Source: a virus. Taken from it: 64,000 bases of DNA. The notes under the pieces are model-generated. The model was not told where the DNA came from. It made no database searches and saw nothing but the letters and a program-made list of their open reading frames with translations. Location: positions 2,596 to 66,595 of the IMG/VR virus record IMGVR_UViG_3300013772_000006, one strand, 5' to 3'. Positions 55,174-64,000 of the stretch are shown in pieces; position 1 is the first letter of the stretch, and each line of letters begins with the position of its first letter. The position numbers and the translations under genes were made by a program.

Positions 55174-55452
55174 TTACGGCGAAACAACGAAAAAATCAAT
55201 CGTGTCCCACTTGATCTCGCCGTTACTGCATGTGATCGATAGGGTCACAACTGGCGCATCGTTCAATGTACCGTTGTTGATAAAGAAGACTACGGTCGTT
55301 GTGGTGTTGGACACCGTATCCACAGTTGCGGTGCCACCGGCAATGGTGGCGGTAGCAGCGGTGATGGTGATGCCCACCGAAAGCCATTGCGAGTAGTCGA
55401 CGATATACTTTCGTCTATTGCCGACCGTTTGTGGTTTTCGATCTAGGGTCAT
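55174..55452 (-). CDS. Stand-alone fibre adaptor domain protein
   Basis: Paralogous to the N-terminal ~90 aa of the two upstream fibres. Confidence 0.65.
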   Translation of the reverse strand: MTLDRKPQTVGNRRKYIVDYSQWLSVGITITAATATIAGGTATVDTVSNTTTTVVFFINNGTLNDAPVVTLSITCSNGEIKWDTIDFFVVSP

Positions 55453-55463
55453 ATTACTCTCCT

Positions 55464-56648
55464 TTATCCGAGTTTCACGATACGTAAGGCGGAAACAAAG
55501 TAGTTGGCGCGAGAACGTGTAACAATGGTACCTTGCTGCAAGACGTGAACTTCAACATAATCCGTGATCCCATTTAAGAACGCCACCGTAGACAAGTTAA
55601 GATAGACCTGTCCGTTCTGTTGCAGTGAAAACACGGCCACGTCATTACCGCTCACGTCAATAAAGGAAACGGCAAAACCTGAAACCGTGTTATTACAAAT
55701 GACAACAGCATATATTTCGTAGGTTCCAGACTGCGTCGGGGTATACCGGTGGGTCGTTATATTAAACGCGCTCTGCGTATCCGTAACAATCGTGTCTATG
55801 GCTAACGTAGTGTCGGTCAAGGTCACAACAGTTTGGTCCACGCTTTGATAGGCATCCAAGACGATCACGGCATGACTTGCCGGCCCTTGAGCTCCATTTG
55901 GGCCCGTATAACCAGTTGAACCCGTGGGTCCCGTCACGCCCTGTATGCCTTGCGCCCCGGTAGGACCAGTGGGGCCCGTATAACCAGTTGAACCCGTGGG
56001 TCCCGTCACGCCCTGTATGCCTTGCGAGCCCTGTGGCCCAGTCGGTGCTGTAGGACCCGTGGGTCCCGTCGCGCCCTGTATGCCTTGCGAGCCCTGTGGC
56101 CCAGTCGGTGCTGTAGGACCCGTGGGTCCCGTCGCGCCCTGTATGCCTTGCGCCCCGGTAGGACCAGTGGGGCCTGTGGGTCCGCCGCCTGCTGGACCAG
56201 TCGGACCAAGCCCTCCGGAGCCGGTTGGTCCAGTAGTTCCACCGCCGGTGGGGCCTGTTGGCCCAGTTCCGCCTAACGTTCCATTAAATCCGGTAGGGCC
56301 TGGTGGCCCTAGGATCGACAGTAGCAATGCCGCGTTCGTATCCGATGCGAACACAGGGCCACCATTCGTGCCGATGAAAAACTCCATGTGGTCGTAGCGG
56401 CGCTGGCCGATCGACGTGTCCTGTTCGATGATCACATTGAACTGATCGTTCAACGTGCCACCGTTTAAATAGAAGCTGTAGGATGTACCATTGGCCGCGA
56501 TGACAATCGTGTCAGTCGTCGCGGTGCCGGCATCAACCGTGCAGGTGATCCCGGTAATTGTCTCACCGGTCAATAACCAAGGCGTGCAGTCAATGACATA
56601 CTGCGTCCGGTTCCCGACGAGCTGTTGTTTGCGGCCGAGGACGGTCAT
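55464..56648 (-). CDS. Collagen-like fibre: adaptor + (GXY)n + C1q-like C-terminal domain
   Basis: GPT/GIQ repeats; C-terminal AFN....YTP..SG.Y...LNG.TDYVEV is C1q/BclA-like. Confidence 0.8.
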   Translation of the reverse strand: MTVLGRKQQLVGNRTQYVIDCTPWLLTGETITGITCTVDAGTATTDTIVIAANGTSYSFYLNGGTLNDQFNVIIEQDTSIGQRRYDHMEFFIGTNGGPVFASDTNAALLLSILGPPGPTGFNGTLGGTGPTGPTGGGTTGPTGSGGLGPTGPAGGGPTGPTGPTGAQGIQGATGPTGPTAPTGPQGSQGIQGATGPTGPTAPTGPQGSQGIQGVTGPTGSTGYTGPTGPTGAQGIQGVTGPTGSTGYTGPNGAQGPASHAVIVLDAYQSVDQTVVTLTDTTLAIDTIVTDTQSAFNITTHRYTPTQSGTYEIYAVVICNNTVSGFAVSFIDVSGNDVAVFSLQQNGQVYLNLSTVAFLNGITDYVEVHVLQQGTIVTRSRANYFVSALRIVKLG

Positions 56649-57757
56649 TAGTTCACCTCAAAGAGAACACAGTTCAGATTATTCAATAGGCTACTGTTGG
56701 CGGTTGTAATTGCTTCAACCTGTAAATCAGTCCAAATGGCGGTATGGAGAGCTAAGCCGGTGATGAGCGCGGAAATGGAAAATGGAATCTTTAAGTCTGC
56801 AATAGCCGTTAGTGTCGTGCCCGTATCATATTGTTGGACCATTCCAACGACCTTTCCGGTCGCGGCAGCCCCCCTAGCGGGGGCTGCCCCCGTGCCAAAT
56901 GCAATTCTATATTGGATTCCGACGTTCGCGGTTGTCACGCTGGCGGTGATATATCCAGAAATATTACATATTACCGTTCCAGTAACGACAGGTGTAATAG
57001 CGTCTTTCAGTCCCATCATGGTAAAGACAGCCGTACCAGTGGCACCAGTCGGGCCTAACCCAGTTGTGCCACTTACTGCCCCGTGCAGGGCGGGACCAGT
57101 TGGACCAGTCGGACCCCCAGATGGGGGCCCAGTAACACCTGTGGGCCCAGTCGGCCCAGTCGGCCCAGTCGGCCCAGTCACGCCCTGGCCGCCTGCGCTG
57201 CCTTGCGCACCAGTCGGGCCTGTCGGGCCAGTGACGCCCTGGATGCCCTGGCCGCCTGCGTTGCCTTGCGCACCAGTCGGGCCTGTCGGGCCAGTAGAAC
57301 CCGTTGCCGCGGTAGGCCCTTGTGGTCCGGTAGTCCCCGCACCAGAGGGACCAGTAGGACCCGTTCCACCAAGTGTCCCATTAAACCCGGTAGGACCAGT
57401 CACACCTGGTGTACCGGCACCAGTGGGACCTACGATCGACAGCATCAATGCGCCGTTGGGCGAGAGGAAATTGGGGCCCCCGTTTGTCTCGACGAAGATT
57501 TCAAAATGATCATAGCGGATCTGGGTGAGCGACGTCGTGGCCTGCACGATGACGTTGAAGTTGTCACCCAGCGTACCGTTGTTAAGATAGAAACTGGCCG
57601 TTGAGGAGGTGAATGTAATGGTGTCAGTCGTCGCGGTGCCACTATCAATAATGATAGCAATAGCCGTGATCACCTCACCGGCAGCGAGCCAGGGCGCGTA
57701 GTTGATATTATAAAGCCGGCGATCACCGACGATTTGGAGTTTGCGCCCTAGGTGCAT
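56648..57757 (-). CDS. Collagen-like fibre: adaptor + (GXY)n + beta-sandwich head
   Basis: Same N-terminal domain and [14 protein letters not shown] linker as the neighbour; different C-terminus. Confidence 0.8.
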   Translation of the reverse strand: MHLGRKLQIVGDRRLYNINYAPWLAAGEVITAIAIIIDSGTATTDTITFTSSTASFYLNNGTLGDNFNVIVQATTSLTQIRYDHFEIFVETNGGPNFLSPNGALMLSIVGPTGAGTPGVTGPTGFNGTLGGTGPTGPSGAGTTGPQGPTAATGSTGPTGPTGAQGNAGGQGIQGVTGPTGPTGAQGSAGGQGVTGPTGPTGPTGPTGVTGPPSGGPTGPTGPALHGAVSGTTGLGPTGATGTAVFTMMGLKDAITPVVTGTVICNISGYITASVTTANVGIQYRIAFGTGAAPARGAAATGKVVGMVQQYDTGTTLTAIADLKIPFSISALITGLALHTAIWTDLQVEAITTANSSLLNNLNCVLFEVN

Positions 57758-57876
57758 TACACCCTCTCGTCGACTAGAAGGGTGTTCTCCTGGTCTGGTA
57801 CAAAGATAACGTTGTCCTCTACAGGGACAACTACGTTGTGATCATCCGCGGGGACCATAATGGTTTCGTTTTCCAC
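57757..57876 (-). CDS. 39-aa protein with periodic VPxxxN motifs (not in ORF track)
   Basis: GGAGG RBS, GTG start: [39 protein letters not shown]; stop overlaps the next ATG. Confidence 0.6.
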   Translation of the reverse strand: MENETIMVPADDHNVVVPVEDNVIFVPDQENTLLVDERV

Positions 57877-57877
57877 A

Positions 57878-58531
57878 TCAGCCTCCCTGGAAATACCCGG
57901 CGGATATAGGGTGTGGAATGGGGCCGGCTAAAATTTCCACCTGGAAGTCATCGTGCGCCGAAGCATTCGCCTGGTTATATGAAATCGCTGGGGTGGTACC
58001 CGGTGAGGCCATCGCAATACTGGCCAAGAGTAGCGAATTGACAGGGCCAGCTACCGCGGTATACCCAGCTGGTGTGGCTAGTGTTCCTGAATTGGACCCT
58101 TCCATATCCAGCACAAGACTGTTAACACCGGCAGTACTCAGGGAACCGCCGCTAAATATAGATGACGCACCGTTGTCCGAGTTGGTCTTATTGAAATTAC
58201 CAATTGGGTTTGAAGTAGATACGCTTTGCACTTGAACCAGCTGACCCTGACAGCTAGTACTAGTGACATAGGACACATTCGGTGCTGCGTTGCTTGCTAC
58301 CACGCGGTACCAAGCCCACGAGCAGCTTAGATCATTAGCGGTTGCTGTATTAAACTTATCTATTTCCGTCCAACCAGCGGGCCAAGTAAACGTAAGGCCA
58401 TTCTGCGCGCTATAGATAAAGCCAACAATGATATTACCGGCAACGAGAGAGCCAGGTAAAGTCAATGTTAGATTGGTCGCAAGGGCGGTGTGCGTATTTG
58501 CGCCAATAGATGCAACAGTAGGGCCAGCCAT
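57878..58531 (-). CDS. Beta-sandwich virion/tail protein
   Basis: Thr/Ser/Ala-rich with PAGWT and TPAGYT repeats. Confidence 0.6.
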   Translation of the reverse strand: MAGPTVASIGANTHTALATNLTLTLPGSLVAGNIIVGFIYSAQNGLTFTWPAGWTEIDKFNTATANDLSCSWAWYRVVASNAAPNVSYVTSTSCQGQLVQVQSVSTSNPIGNFNKTNSDNGASSIFSGGSLSTAGVNSLVLDMEGSNSGTLATPAGYTAVAGPVNSLLLASIAMASPGTTPAISYNQANASAHDDFQVEILAGPIPHPISAGYFQGG

Positions 58532-58532
58532 T

Positions 58533-59519
58533 TTACCTTGCGACCTTTAATGCCAGGGTCAACCGTTGACAGGTAGTGTCACTGTCCACATTGAACCCGA
58601 GCACCGTGCCCGCGGCCAGAGCGGTTGACCAACTAGTGAGTGTGCTATCTTGCGCCTTTGTTGCCGCTGTAATAGTAGGCGGCGTCGTCGATGTAATCTT
58701 ATCCGCCGCAACGGGGTGTGTCGCGCCACTATCAAACTGGGCGTACGTACAGGCCCAGATATTGACAATGGCTGAGCCCGTTTGATCGGCAAGCAACGTG
58801 GCTTGCTTGATTGTGCAAGCGAAGTCAATGAACAGATACCCCTTGAAGCCAGCAACTATCGTGGATCCACTACCGTCGATCACGAACGTAATATCGGATA
58901 TCGATGGACCGGTGGCACCCGTTGGCCCAAGCGACCCCGTAGGGCCCGTCAGTCCAGCAGTGCCACCAGTTGGCCCGAGCGACCCCGTGGGGCCAGTTGG
59001 GCCAGTTAGTCCGGCGGTTCCGCCGGTTGGACCTTGAACGCCTGTTGGCCCTAAGCCAGTCGCACCGGTTGGCCCCTGGTTACCAGTCGGGCCACCAGAT
59101 GGTGGGCCAGTTACACCCGTGGGCCCGCTTGCACCGGTTGGGCCTTGATTACCTACAGGGCCACTTGCACCAACGGGGCCTGTTGCACCGGTTGGACCAA
59201 CCGCGGTTGGACCTGTCGGGCCTGTTACACCACGTGGACCCGTTGGCGCCGTGGGACCTGTCGGGCCAGTTGGACCCGTACCGCCTGTCGGGCCAGTTGG
59301 ACCGGTTACGCCAATAGGACCAGTGGGGCCTGTCGGCGCGGTTGGACCAGTAGGTCCTTGTGGACCTGTCGCCGCGGTCGGGCCTTGCGGACCTGTAGGT
59401 CCAGAGAGGCCACCTTGTTGTAATGCAATGACCGCACCGACAACGTTGTCCAGCATACGGTCATAGGTTTGCCGATCATAATGCAGAGAAGTGTAAAGAC
59501 CCGTCGGACCTGTGCTCAT
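58533..59519 (-). CDS. Collagen-like fibre with C-terminal beta-sandwich
   Basis: About 165 aa of GPT repeats; C-terminal ITFVIDGSG...ADQTGS..V.IW domain. Confidence 0.8.
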   Translation of the reverse strand: MSTGPTGLYTSLHYDRQTYDRMLDNVVGAVIALQQGGLSGPTGPQGPTAATGPQGPTGPTAPTGPTGPIGVTGPTGPTGGTGPTGPTGPTAPTGPRGVTGPTGPTAVGPTGATGPVGASGPVGNQGPTGASGPTGVTGPPSGGPTGNQGPTGATGLGPTGVQGPTGGTAGLTGPTGPTGSLGPTGGTAGLTGPTGSLGPTGATGPSISDITFVIDGSGSTIVAGFKGYLFIDFACTIKQATLLADQTGSAIVNIWACTYAQFDSGATHPVAADKITSTTPPTITAATKAQDSTLTSWSTALAAGTVLGFNVDSDTTCQRLTLALKVAR

Positions 59520-60178
59520 ACTGTAAACACCGTATCGCTACCGATCGATACGCCTCCGCGCTGTCCGCTAGTGCGGAATTGTTGTGGGTAGACCCATGCC
59601 TGTGTACCCATAGCATTGTTACGCAGGGCGGCAACGCGGGCCTGATTGATGACACCGTCGAACCGCTTTAGGTGGTAGATGGACGTCGTTTGGCTTGAGT
59701 AACTCTTGTTCGGTTGTGAGTACATTCGCCCCAAGAGGCCATCTAGAATACCGGTGCTGTAGATTGATAGCGCCCAGTCGGACGTGATTGGGAACCCATT
59801 CTTGTCGGCGGGCAAACTTACGTTCAGCGCCACCGTGACGTGGTACGTTGCGGCTTGGCCGGGGATTTCTGAAAGCACCACTTGCCCGAAGTTAGGCATA
59901 GTGCCGCCCCGAAGATTAGCAGGCGTAAGTGGATTAGTAGGATCAACTTGCACAATACCCATAATACGGATAGCTTGGCCGTTAGTCGGGACAAGGTCAT
60001 ATACCACAACGTTTGGGATAACGTTGATCGTAAGCGACTCGAGCCACGAAGAGCTCCGATCATAAAACTCCTGCATGACATCGAAGAGTTCACCTTTCAG
60101 CGCGGCATCGGAAGCCCCGGTCAATTTGACCCGGGCCTGGTTCATTATACGTGTCCACTCGGCTACAGAGGCGCTCAT
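59516..60178 (-). CDS. Tail adaptor protein
   Basis: Position after capsid genes; EF...S..W and G.L.RM..QP.K.YS motifs. Confidence 0.55.
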   Translation of the reverse strand: MSASVAEWTRIMNQARVKLTGASDAALKGELFDVMQEFYDRSSSWLESLTINVIPNVVVYDLVPTNGQAIRIMGIVQVDPTNPLTPANLRGGTMPNFGQVVLSEIPGQAATYHVTVALNVSLPADKNGFPITSDWALSIYSTGILDGLLGRMYSQPNKSYSSQTTSIYHLKRFDGVINQARVAALRNNAMGTQAWVYPQQFRTSGQRGGVSIGSDTVFTV

Positions 60179-60609
60179 TGTGGTGGTCCTATCGGCGTAC
60201 CGGCTGCGCTAGGCGCAGGGGCGGCACCACGGCCAGCTTGTATACCCGGCATGCGACCACCGGTAAGGATGGAGTTGAAAAGGGCCATGAAGGTAGTAGC
60301 CCGGGCGTCCTGAACATCGTCCTGGTCGCGAGCTAGGGCGTGGGCAACAGTACCGAAGACAATCGCTAGCCGGAAGGGCTGCTCGAGCGGTACCGGGGTG
60401 CTATCATTAGTGGCATAATACGGCACGTGGCCGGTACCCGTAGTATCGGCATAGACAAACAGGTCCGCGCGGATACGGCGAGCCTCGATAAGGGCGACGT
60501 TGAACGCTATGAGGAGGGATGGGTCATCGTAACGGTACGGCGCGATCGTATCGAGTAAAATCGTACGGACATCCGCAAGATAATCCTGGACGGCATCGAG
60601 AGTGGCCAT
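60175..60609 (-). CDS. Head-tail connector/adaptor-like protein
   Basis: VR.ILLD....RY.D..LL...N.A......R.D motif. Confidence 0.55.
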   Translation of the reverse strand: MATLDAVQDYLADVRTILLDTIAPYRYDDPSLLIAFNVALIEARRIRADLFVYADTTGTGHVPYYATNDSTPVPLEQPFRLAIVFGTVAHALARDQDDVQDARATTFMALFNSILTGGRMPGIQAGRGAAPAPSAAGTPIGPPQ

Positions 60610-60636
60610 ATCGGTGAACCCCTAGAATAGGGGTCC

Positions 60637-60668
60637 ACCGTACGTCTAAGTGGTTAGGGGTTCGTTAA
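60637..60668 (-). promoter_or_regulatory. CtrA-box-type late promoter
   Basis: - strand TTAA-CGAACCC-CTAAC-N10-TACGGT, 44 nt upstream of ATG 60609. Confidence 0.72.
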
Positions 60669-60886
60669 TGAAATGAGCCACGGTGCTCAACGCCTGTTGC
60701 ACAGTAGGGGCATATAATACTGTGGTTTCCGGTTTCTGGATCAATTGCTACTACCATCCAGTCGTCGGCCTTCCCGGCGATCACCCGTTTTTTAAGGGTC
60801 GCCCGTTTCATCCATATTAATTTGTCGCCTTTATGGACTTGGCAATTCGCCTGTAGCCAATCTTGTTCGTCTTGGGGAAGGCTCAT
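60665..60886 (-). CDS. Small hypothetical protein (C..H...CPYC)
   Basis: ATGA-coupled to the HNH gene. Confidence 0.5.
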   Translation of the reverse strand: MSLPQDEQDWLQANCQVHKGDKLIWMKRATLKKRVIAGKADDWMVVAIDPETGNHSIICPYCATGVEHRGSFH

Positions 60887-61386
60887 TGAGTAGGTTCCTT
60901 TATGTGATCCAGCAGCGCCTGCATAATCTGGCGAAAACTTTCGTCGGTTAAATCCATTTTACCCGAGTTAATACAATGTAAGACAAACCGGCAATTGCCA
61001 GGTGTATATCCAAGAGAAGGAATAATCCGGTCAATACTAGGCGAGTAGGCACTAGGCCCACGGCGATTTCCGGTGCGTGTAGCCAAAACAAACTGAATAC
61101 CAGTCAATGCACAGAACCCAGTATAGGTGGCGGCGCCCCACGCTTCAGTTAGCTCGTGTAGGACACCTTTTTTCCTTGCACGAAACGCCGCAGCACTAAT
61201 TAGTGACACCCACGGCTTTTTTGCGTGGCTGTTGAGGTACGCCTGTCGTTGCTTTTCTGGGTAAGCCTTACGCCGGACCCGGCACTCCAGGTTGCCTTTT
61301 GCTTTAAAAACAGGGTCAGTTGCGCGGCGCTCTCGTATCCAGTCACGCATATACTGGCGTTTACGTTCGGGATCTTTCCAGGGCAT
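60883..61386 (-). CDS. HNH-like endonuclease
   Basis: CALTG...SPSIDRI...GYTPGNCR.V...IN..K. Confidence 0.8.
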   Translation of the reverse strand: MPWKDPERKRQYMRDWIRERRATDPVFKAKGNLECRVRRKAYPEKQRQAYLNSHAKKPWVSLISAAAFRARKKGVLHELTEAWGAATYTGFCALTGIQFVLATRTGNRRGPSAYSPSIDRIIPSLGYTPGNCRFVLHCINSGKMDLTDESFRQIMQALLDHIKEPTQ

Positions 61387-61487
61387 TGAAACCTCCTATG
61401 GTTGGGAATTACCTACCATAAAAACTATACAAATGTCAAGCCCTATGAATACTGAAAATTTTCAAAAGTAGACTACCCATATACAAG

Positions 61488-61519
61488 AAACCGGCCTAGG
61501 TTTTAGCCTAGGCCGGTTT
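61488..61519. terminator. Intrinsic terminator after the major capsid gene
   Basis: AAACCGGCCTAGG-ttttag-CCTAGGCCGGTTT perfect 13-bp inverted repeat. Confidence 0.85.
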
Positions 61520-61549
61520 TTCTACTGTAGAGCAAAAAGCTGAATGTTA

Positions 61550-62605
61550 TCAGCTATTTGGAGTGACGCGAGCCTCAACAATCGCTTTGCCATCGATCAC
61601 TTTGTAGCCGTATACTTGCAGGCCACGTAGAATTTGCCCAAATGTTAGTTCGGATCTGAGCGTTTCTACTTTTGAAATTTGACTTGCGAAGGTTAGCCCA
61701 TGAGCGTGCCCGGCAAATATCGGCCACTCTCCAACGTTGAAATCCGTGACATCGGCGTTCGGGCCACCGTTCGACGGGAGCAGGTTGCTCACGTAGATGG
61801 TAAACCGATCGATCATGCCAAGGCGGCCATTGCGCAGCATCGAGACACCGTCACCGGACAGATAAGCCTGGCGCAGTTCGGACTGCTTGATCTGGCGCCC
61901 AGCCCATGCCGGCAGAACGACCCATCGGCCGACTTCCGGAATGTTCTGTTCGTCCAGAGCCTGACCCATGCGCATAAGCACGTCCAGGAGTTCCACGTCG
62001 CCAGCACCCGGGTTCTTGGACACAACCGAGAGCGGTGAGCCCTTGACACCAAGGTTAATGTTGGCGGTGATAACGCCGGCGGCGGTACCACGGTTCTGAG
62101 CAACCGCTCCGTTGACCAGACCGGTGAGGACGTCCTTGTCCACCGCGATCTTGAGCTGCTGGGCAGCGTCATCCGACCACATAGACATCAAATTCAGGTC
62201 ACTCTGAATTTCCATCACGTCGTCGAGGATCAGGGAGAAGTACTTGCCGTTGCCAATATACAACTCAACCGTGCCACCCAACGGGCGCTCGAGAGCGAGC
62301 AGCTGGTCGGCATTGTAGGTCTGAATTGTGATAGTCGGCTTGGTGCGGATCTTGACGCGATCGCCCTTGTTTTTGATTTCGCCCTCATAATCCGTGTTGG
62401 AAATGGCGGCGAGCACGGTGGCGGCATAGAACTTCTCGACCAGCTTACCGGACCAAATCTCCGGAATAAACCCAGTCGCTTGCAGTTCGTTACCACCAGC
62501 GCCATCGGAAGTCAGACCATAGCTGTTACCAGCCGCGGCCGTATTGCCAGATGGATATATCAGACCGGCTGTTGAGCCGGGAAAACCAGTCGTCGGAGCA
62601 GCCAT
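61550..62605 (-). CDS. Major capsid protein (HK97 fold, P22-coat-like)
   Basis: FIPEIWS...NTDYEGEI...GDRVKI; RGLQVYG.KV; follows the scaffold gene and precedes a strong terminator. Confidence 0.88.
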   Translation of the reverse strand: MAAPTTGFPGSTAGLIYPSGNTAAAGNSYGLTSDGAGGNELQATGFIPEIWSGKLVEKFYAATVLAAISNTDYEGEIKNKGDRVKIRTKPTITIQTYNADQLLALERPLGGTVELYIGNGKYFSLILDDVMEIQSDLNLMSMWSDDAAQQLKIAVDKDVLTGLVNGAVAQNRGTAAGVITANINLGVKGSPLSVVSKNPGAGDVELLDVLMRMGQALDEQNIPEVGRWVVLPAWAGRQIKQSELRQAYLSGDGVSMLRNGRLGMIDRFTIYVSNLLPSNGGPNADVTDFNVGEWPIFAGHAHGLTFASQISKVETLRSELTFGQILRGLQVYGYKVIDGKAIVEARVTPNS

Positions 62606-62648
62606 TGTAGGCCCCTATGTTGCGGGGCCACGTCTTGTGTACCCCTGT

Positions 62649-63821
62649 TTACCCTGTTACGCGACCCTCTCGCTGAGCGAGGAAGATCTCTTGTTCCTGC
62701 CGATCCTTTTCGACTTCCCGGCCAAGGAAACCACCTTGGCGGACGGTCGAATAAAACCGTTGAATTTGTGTTCGTGAAAATCTGGGTTTGTCCGCGGGTG
62801 CAGTGGGTTCACCACCGGCCGGCTTAGCCCTGCCAGGAGCAGCTAGCGTTTCCAGGGGGACCGCTGCTTTACGAGGAGCCGGTTTAGGCGGCTGCTCCGC
62901 AGTCGGGGCTGGCTCGTAGTTGCCCGTAGCCTCTTCATCACCGATGAAGTCTCTGAAGAGTTGCGCAACCAGAGGGGCATTAGCCGCTTGGTAGGCATCG
63001 CTCAACATCTGATGTCTTATACGACCTGAGTAAATATTTGGTAAACGAAGCCATTGTTTGAACCGGGGATCAAGATTTATCTCGCGCCAGGTGGGTACAT
63101 CGCGATCCAGTGTCTGCTGAACACCAGCCTGTGCACTACGACTAATACTTTGTTTTAGTTGCCGAATTTCGGTCTGGCTGGCCTCTAGCTCAGGCCCAAC
63201 CGCTTCCAGACCAGCGCGCCGGGCGAGGTCGATAAGCTCAGGCCCATAGGTCTTCACATCCTCGTCAGTCAACAATTTTTTGGTCACAGGTTGCTGCGTC
63301 GTCTGCTGGGAACCTCGTTGCTGCAGAATCTGCTGCATCCGCATGAGCTCGTCGCCCATCTGGGACATCTGTTCCTGCATAGAGCCTTGCCCCTGCAGCA
63401 GGGCATCATGCCGGCCCTTCATAGAGTGGTACCGGTGCTCCCAATTATCAGGCTGTGGCCTGGTTTCTTGGACCGCGACAACAGGCGGTGCCCTGGTGTC
63501 CTCGACCGGTTCCGCTACGGGTTCAGGTACGGGTTCAGGTGCTGGGACCGGGTTCCGCGGCCGGCCAGGCTTCCTTTTGGCCGGTTCCGCGGCCGGCTCC
63601 CCAATTTGGGTAACTGGTTGATTCAGCGGTGGATTTTCGGCTGGCTGTGCCTCTGTGGCCGCTGAAATGGCCACTTCTTTGGCCGGTTCCGCGGCCGGCT
63701 TCTTATAGTAGCTATTGGCGCGCTCGGCCTGGGCCTTTACGGAGTCTGGAATTTTCACATCTGGATCAATGGGAGCCAGTTGTTTCTGGGGCATATCCTT
63801 AACGATATCGACTTGAGCCAT
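62649..63821 (-). CDS. Capsid scaffolding protein
   Basis: Pro/Glu-rich N-terminus, coiled coil, C-terminal EIFLAQREGRV; directly upstream of the capsid gene. Confidence 0.7.
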   Translation of the reverse strand: MAQVDIVKDMPQKQLAPIDPDVKIPDSVKAQAERANSYYKKPAAEPAKEVAISAATEAQPAENPPLNQPVTQIGEPAAEPAKRKPGRPRNPVPAPEPVPEPVAEPVEDTRAPPVVAVQETRPQPDNWEHRYHSMKGRHDALLQGQGSMQEQMSQMGDELMRMQQILQQRGSQQTTQQPVTKKLLTDEDVKTYGPELIDLARRAGLEAVGPELEASQTEIRQLKQSISRSAQAGVQQTLDRDVPTWREINLDPRFKQWLRLPNIYSGRIRHQMLSDAYQAANAPLVAQLFRDFIGDEEATGNYEPAPTAEQPPKPAPRKAAVPLETLAAPGRAKPAGGEPTAPADKPRFSRTQIQRFYSTVRQGGFLGREVEKDRQEQEIFLAQREGRVTG

Positions 63822-63847
63822 GGTAGCCTCCTATAACGCGAACGGGA

Positions 63848-64000
63848 CTATTCCGGTTCGGGTTCTATTACGGGTCGTTCTTTCCTAAGTACTTGATCGC
63901 ATGTACTAAATAGCTCTAAGTAGGCGCGACTTTGAAGGGCACGGCCCTTCACTGTCATAATTACCACGGCATCGGCTTCTGATACCGCGATAAGTAACTC
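63848..64000 (-). CDS. 3' end of a small head-module protein (partial)
   Basis: Open frame ELLIAVSEADAVVIMTVKGRALQSRAYLELF...EPE* to TAG 63850-63848. Confidence 0.5.
   Translation of the reverse strand, partial: ELLIAVSEADAVVIMTVKGRALQSRAYLELFSTCDQVLRKERPVIEPEPE

Noticed and set aside
55996-59466. + strand (GPV/PVG)n ORFs opposite the collagen genes (also 5439-6176)
   Set aside because: Automatic antisense consequence of GPT codon repeats; no RBS or operon context.

Overview
This window holds most of the genome of a tailed dsDNA phage, probably podovirus-like, since it has a nozzle-type tail protein and three large ejection-type proteins but no tape measure, tail tube or sheath. CtrA-type boxes, a CtrA-like regulator and a GH108 endolysin with GTA-type holin point to an alphaproteobacterial host. 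Layout: virion, lysis and glycosylation genes on the - strand (1-9.8 kb, 40.7-64 kb); a divergent terminase block (9.9-13.6 kb, +); leftward early/regulatory genes (13.7-20.7 kb); an AT-rich symmetric non-coding hub (20.7-21.7 kb); rightward early and replication genes (21.7-40.6 kb: PolA, Cas4-like nuclease, VRR-NUC, SNF2 helicase, DUF927 primase-helicase). Main observations: (1) a receiver-less CtrA-like protein plus at least 7 promoters of the form TTAA-N7-NTAAC-N10/11-TANNNT in front of late genes and itself; (2) five Thr-rich collagen-like fibre genes plus a five-gene glycosylation cluster, suggesting a glycosylated virion; (3) a C5-methyltransferase encoded as two overlapping out-of-frame polypeptides; (4) a +1 frameshift splitting the DNA polymerase ExoI motif; (5) several structured RNA candidates, one with an anti-Shine-Dalgarno CUCCUCCC loop; (6) an Acb2/Tad1-like protein and a proteasome-beta-like protease. 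Family assignments come from motif recognition by eye, not database searches.
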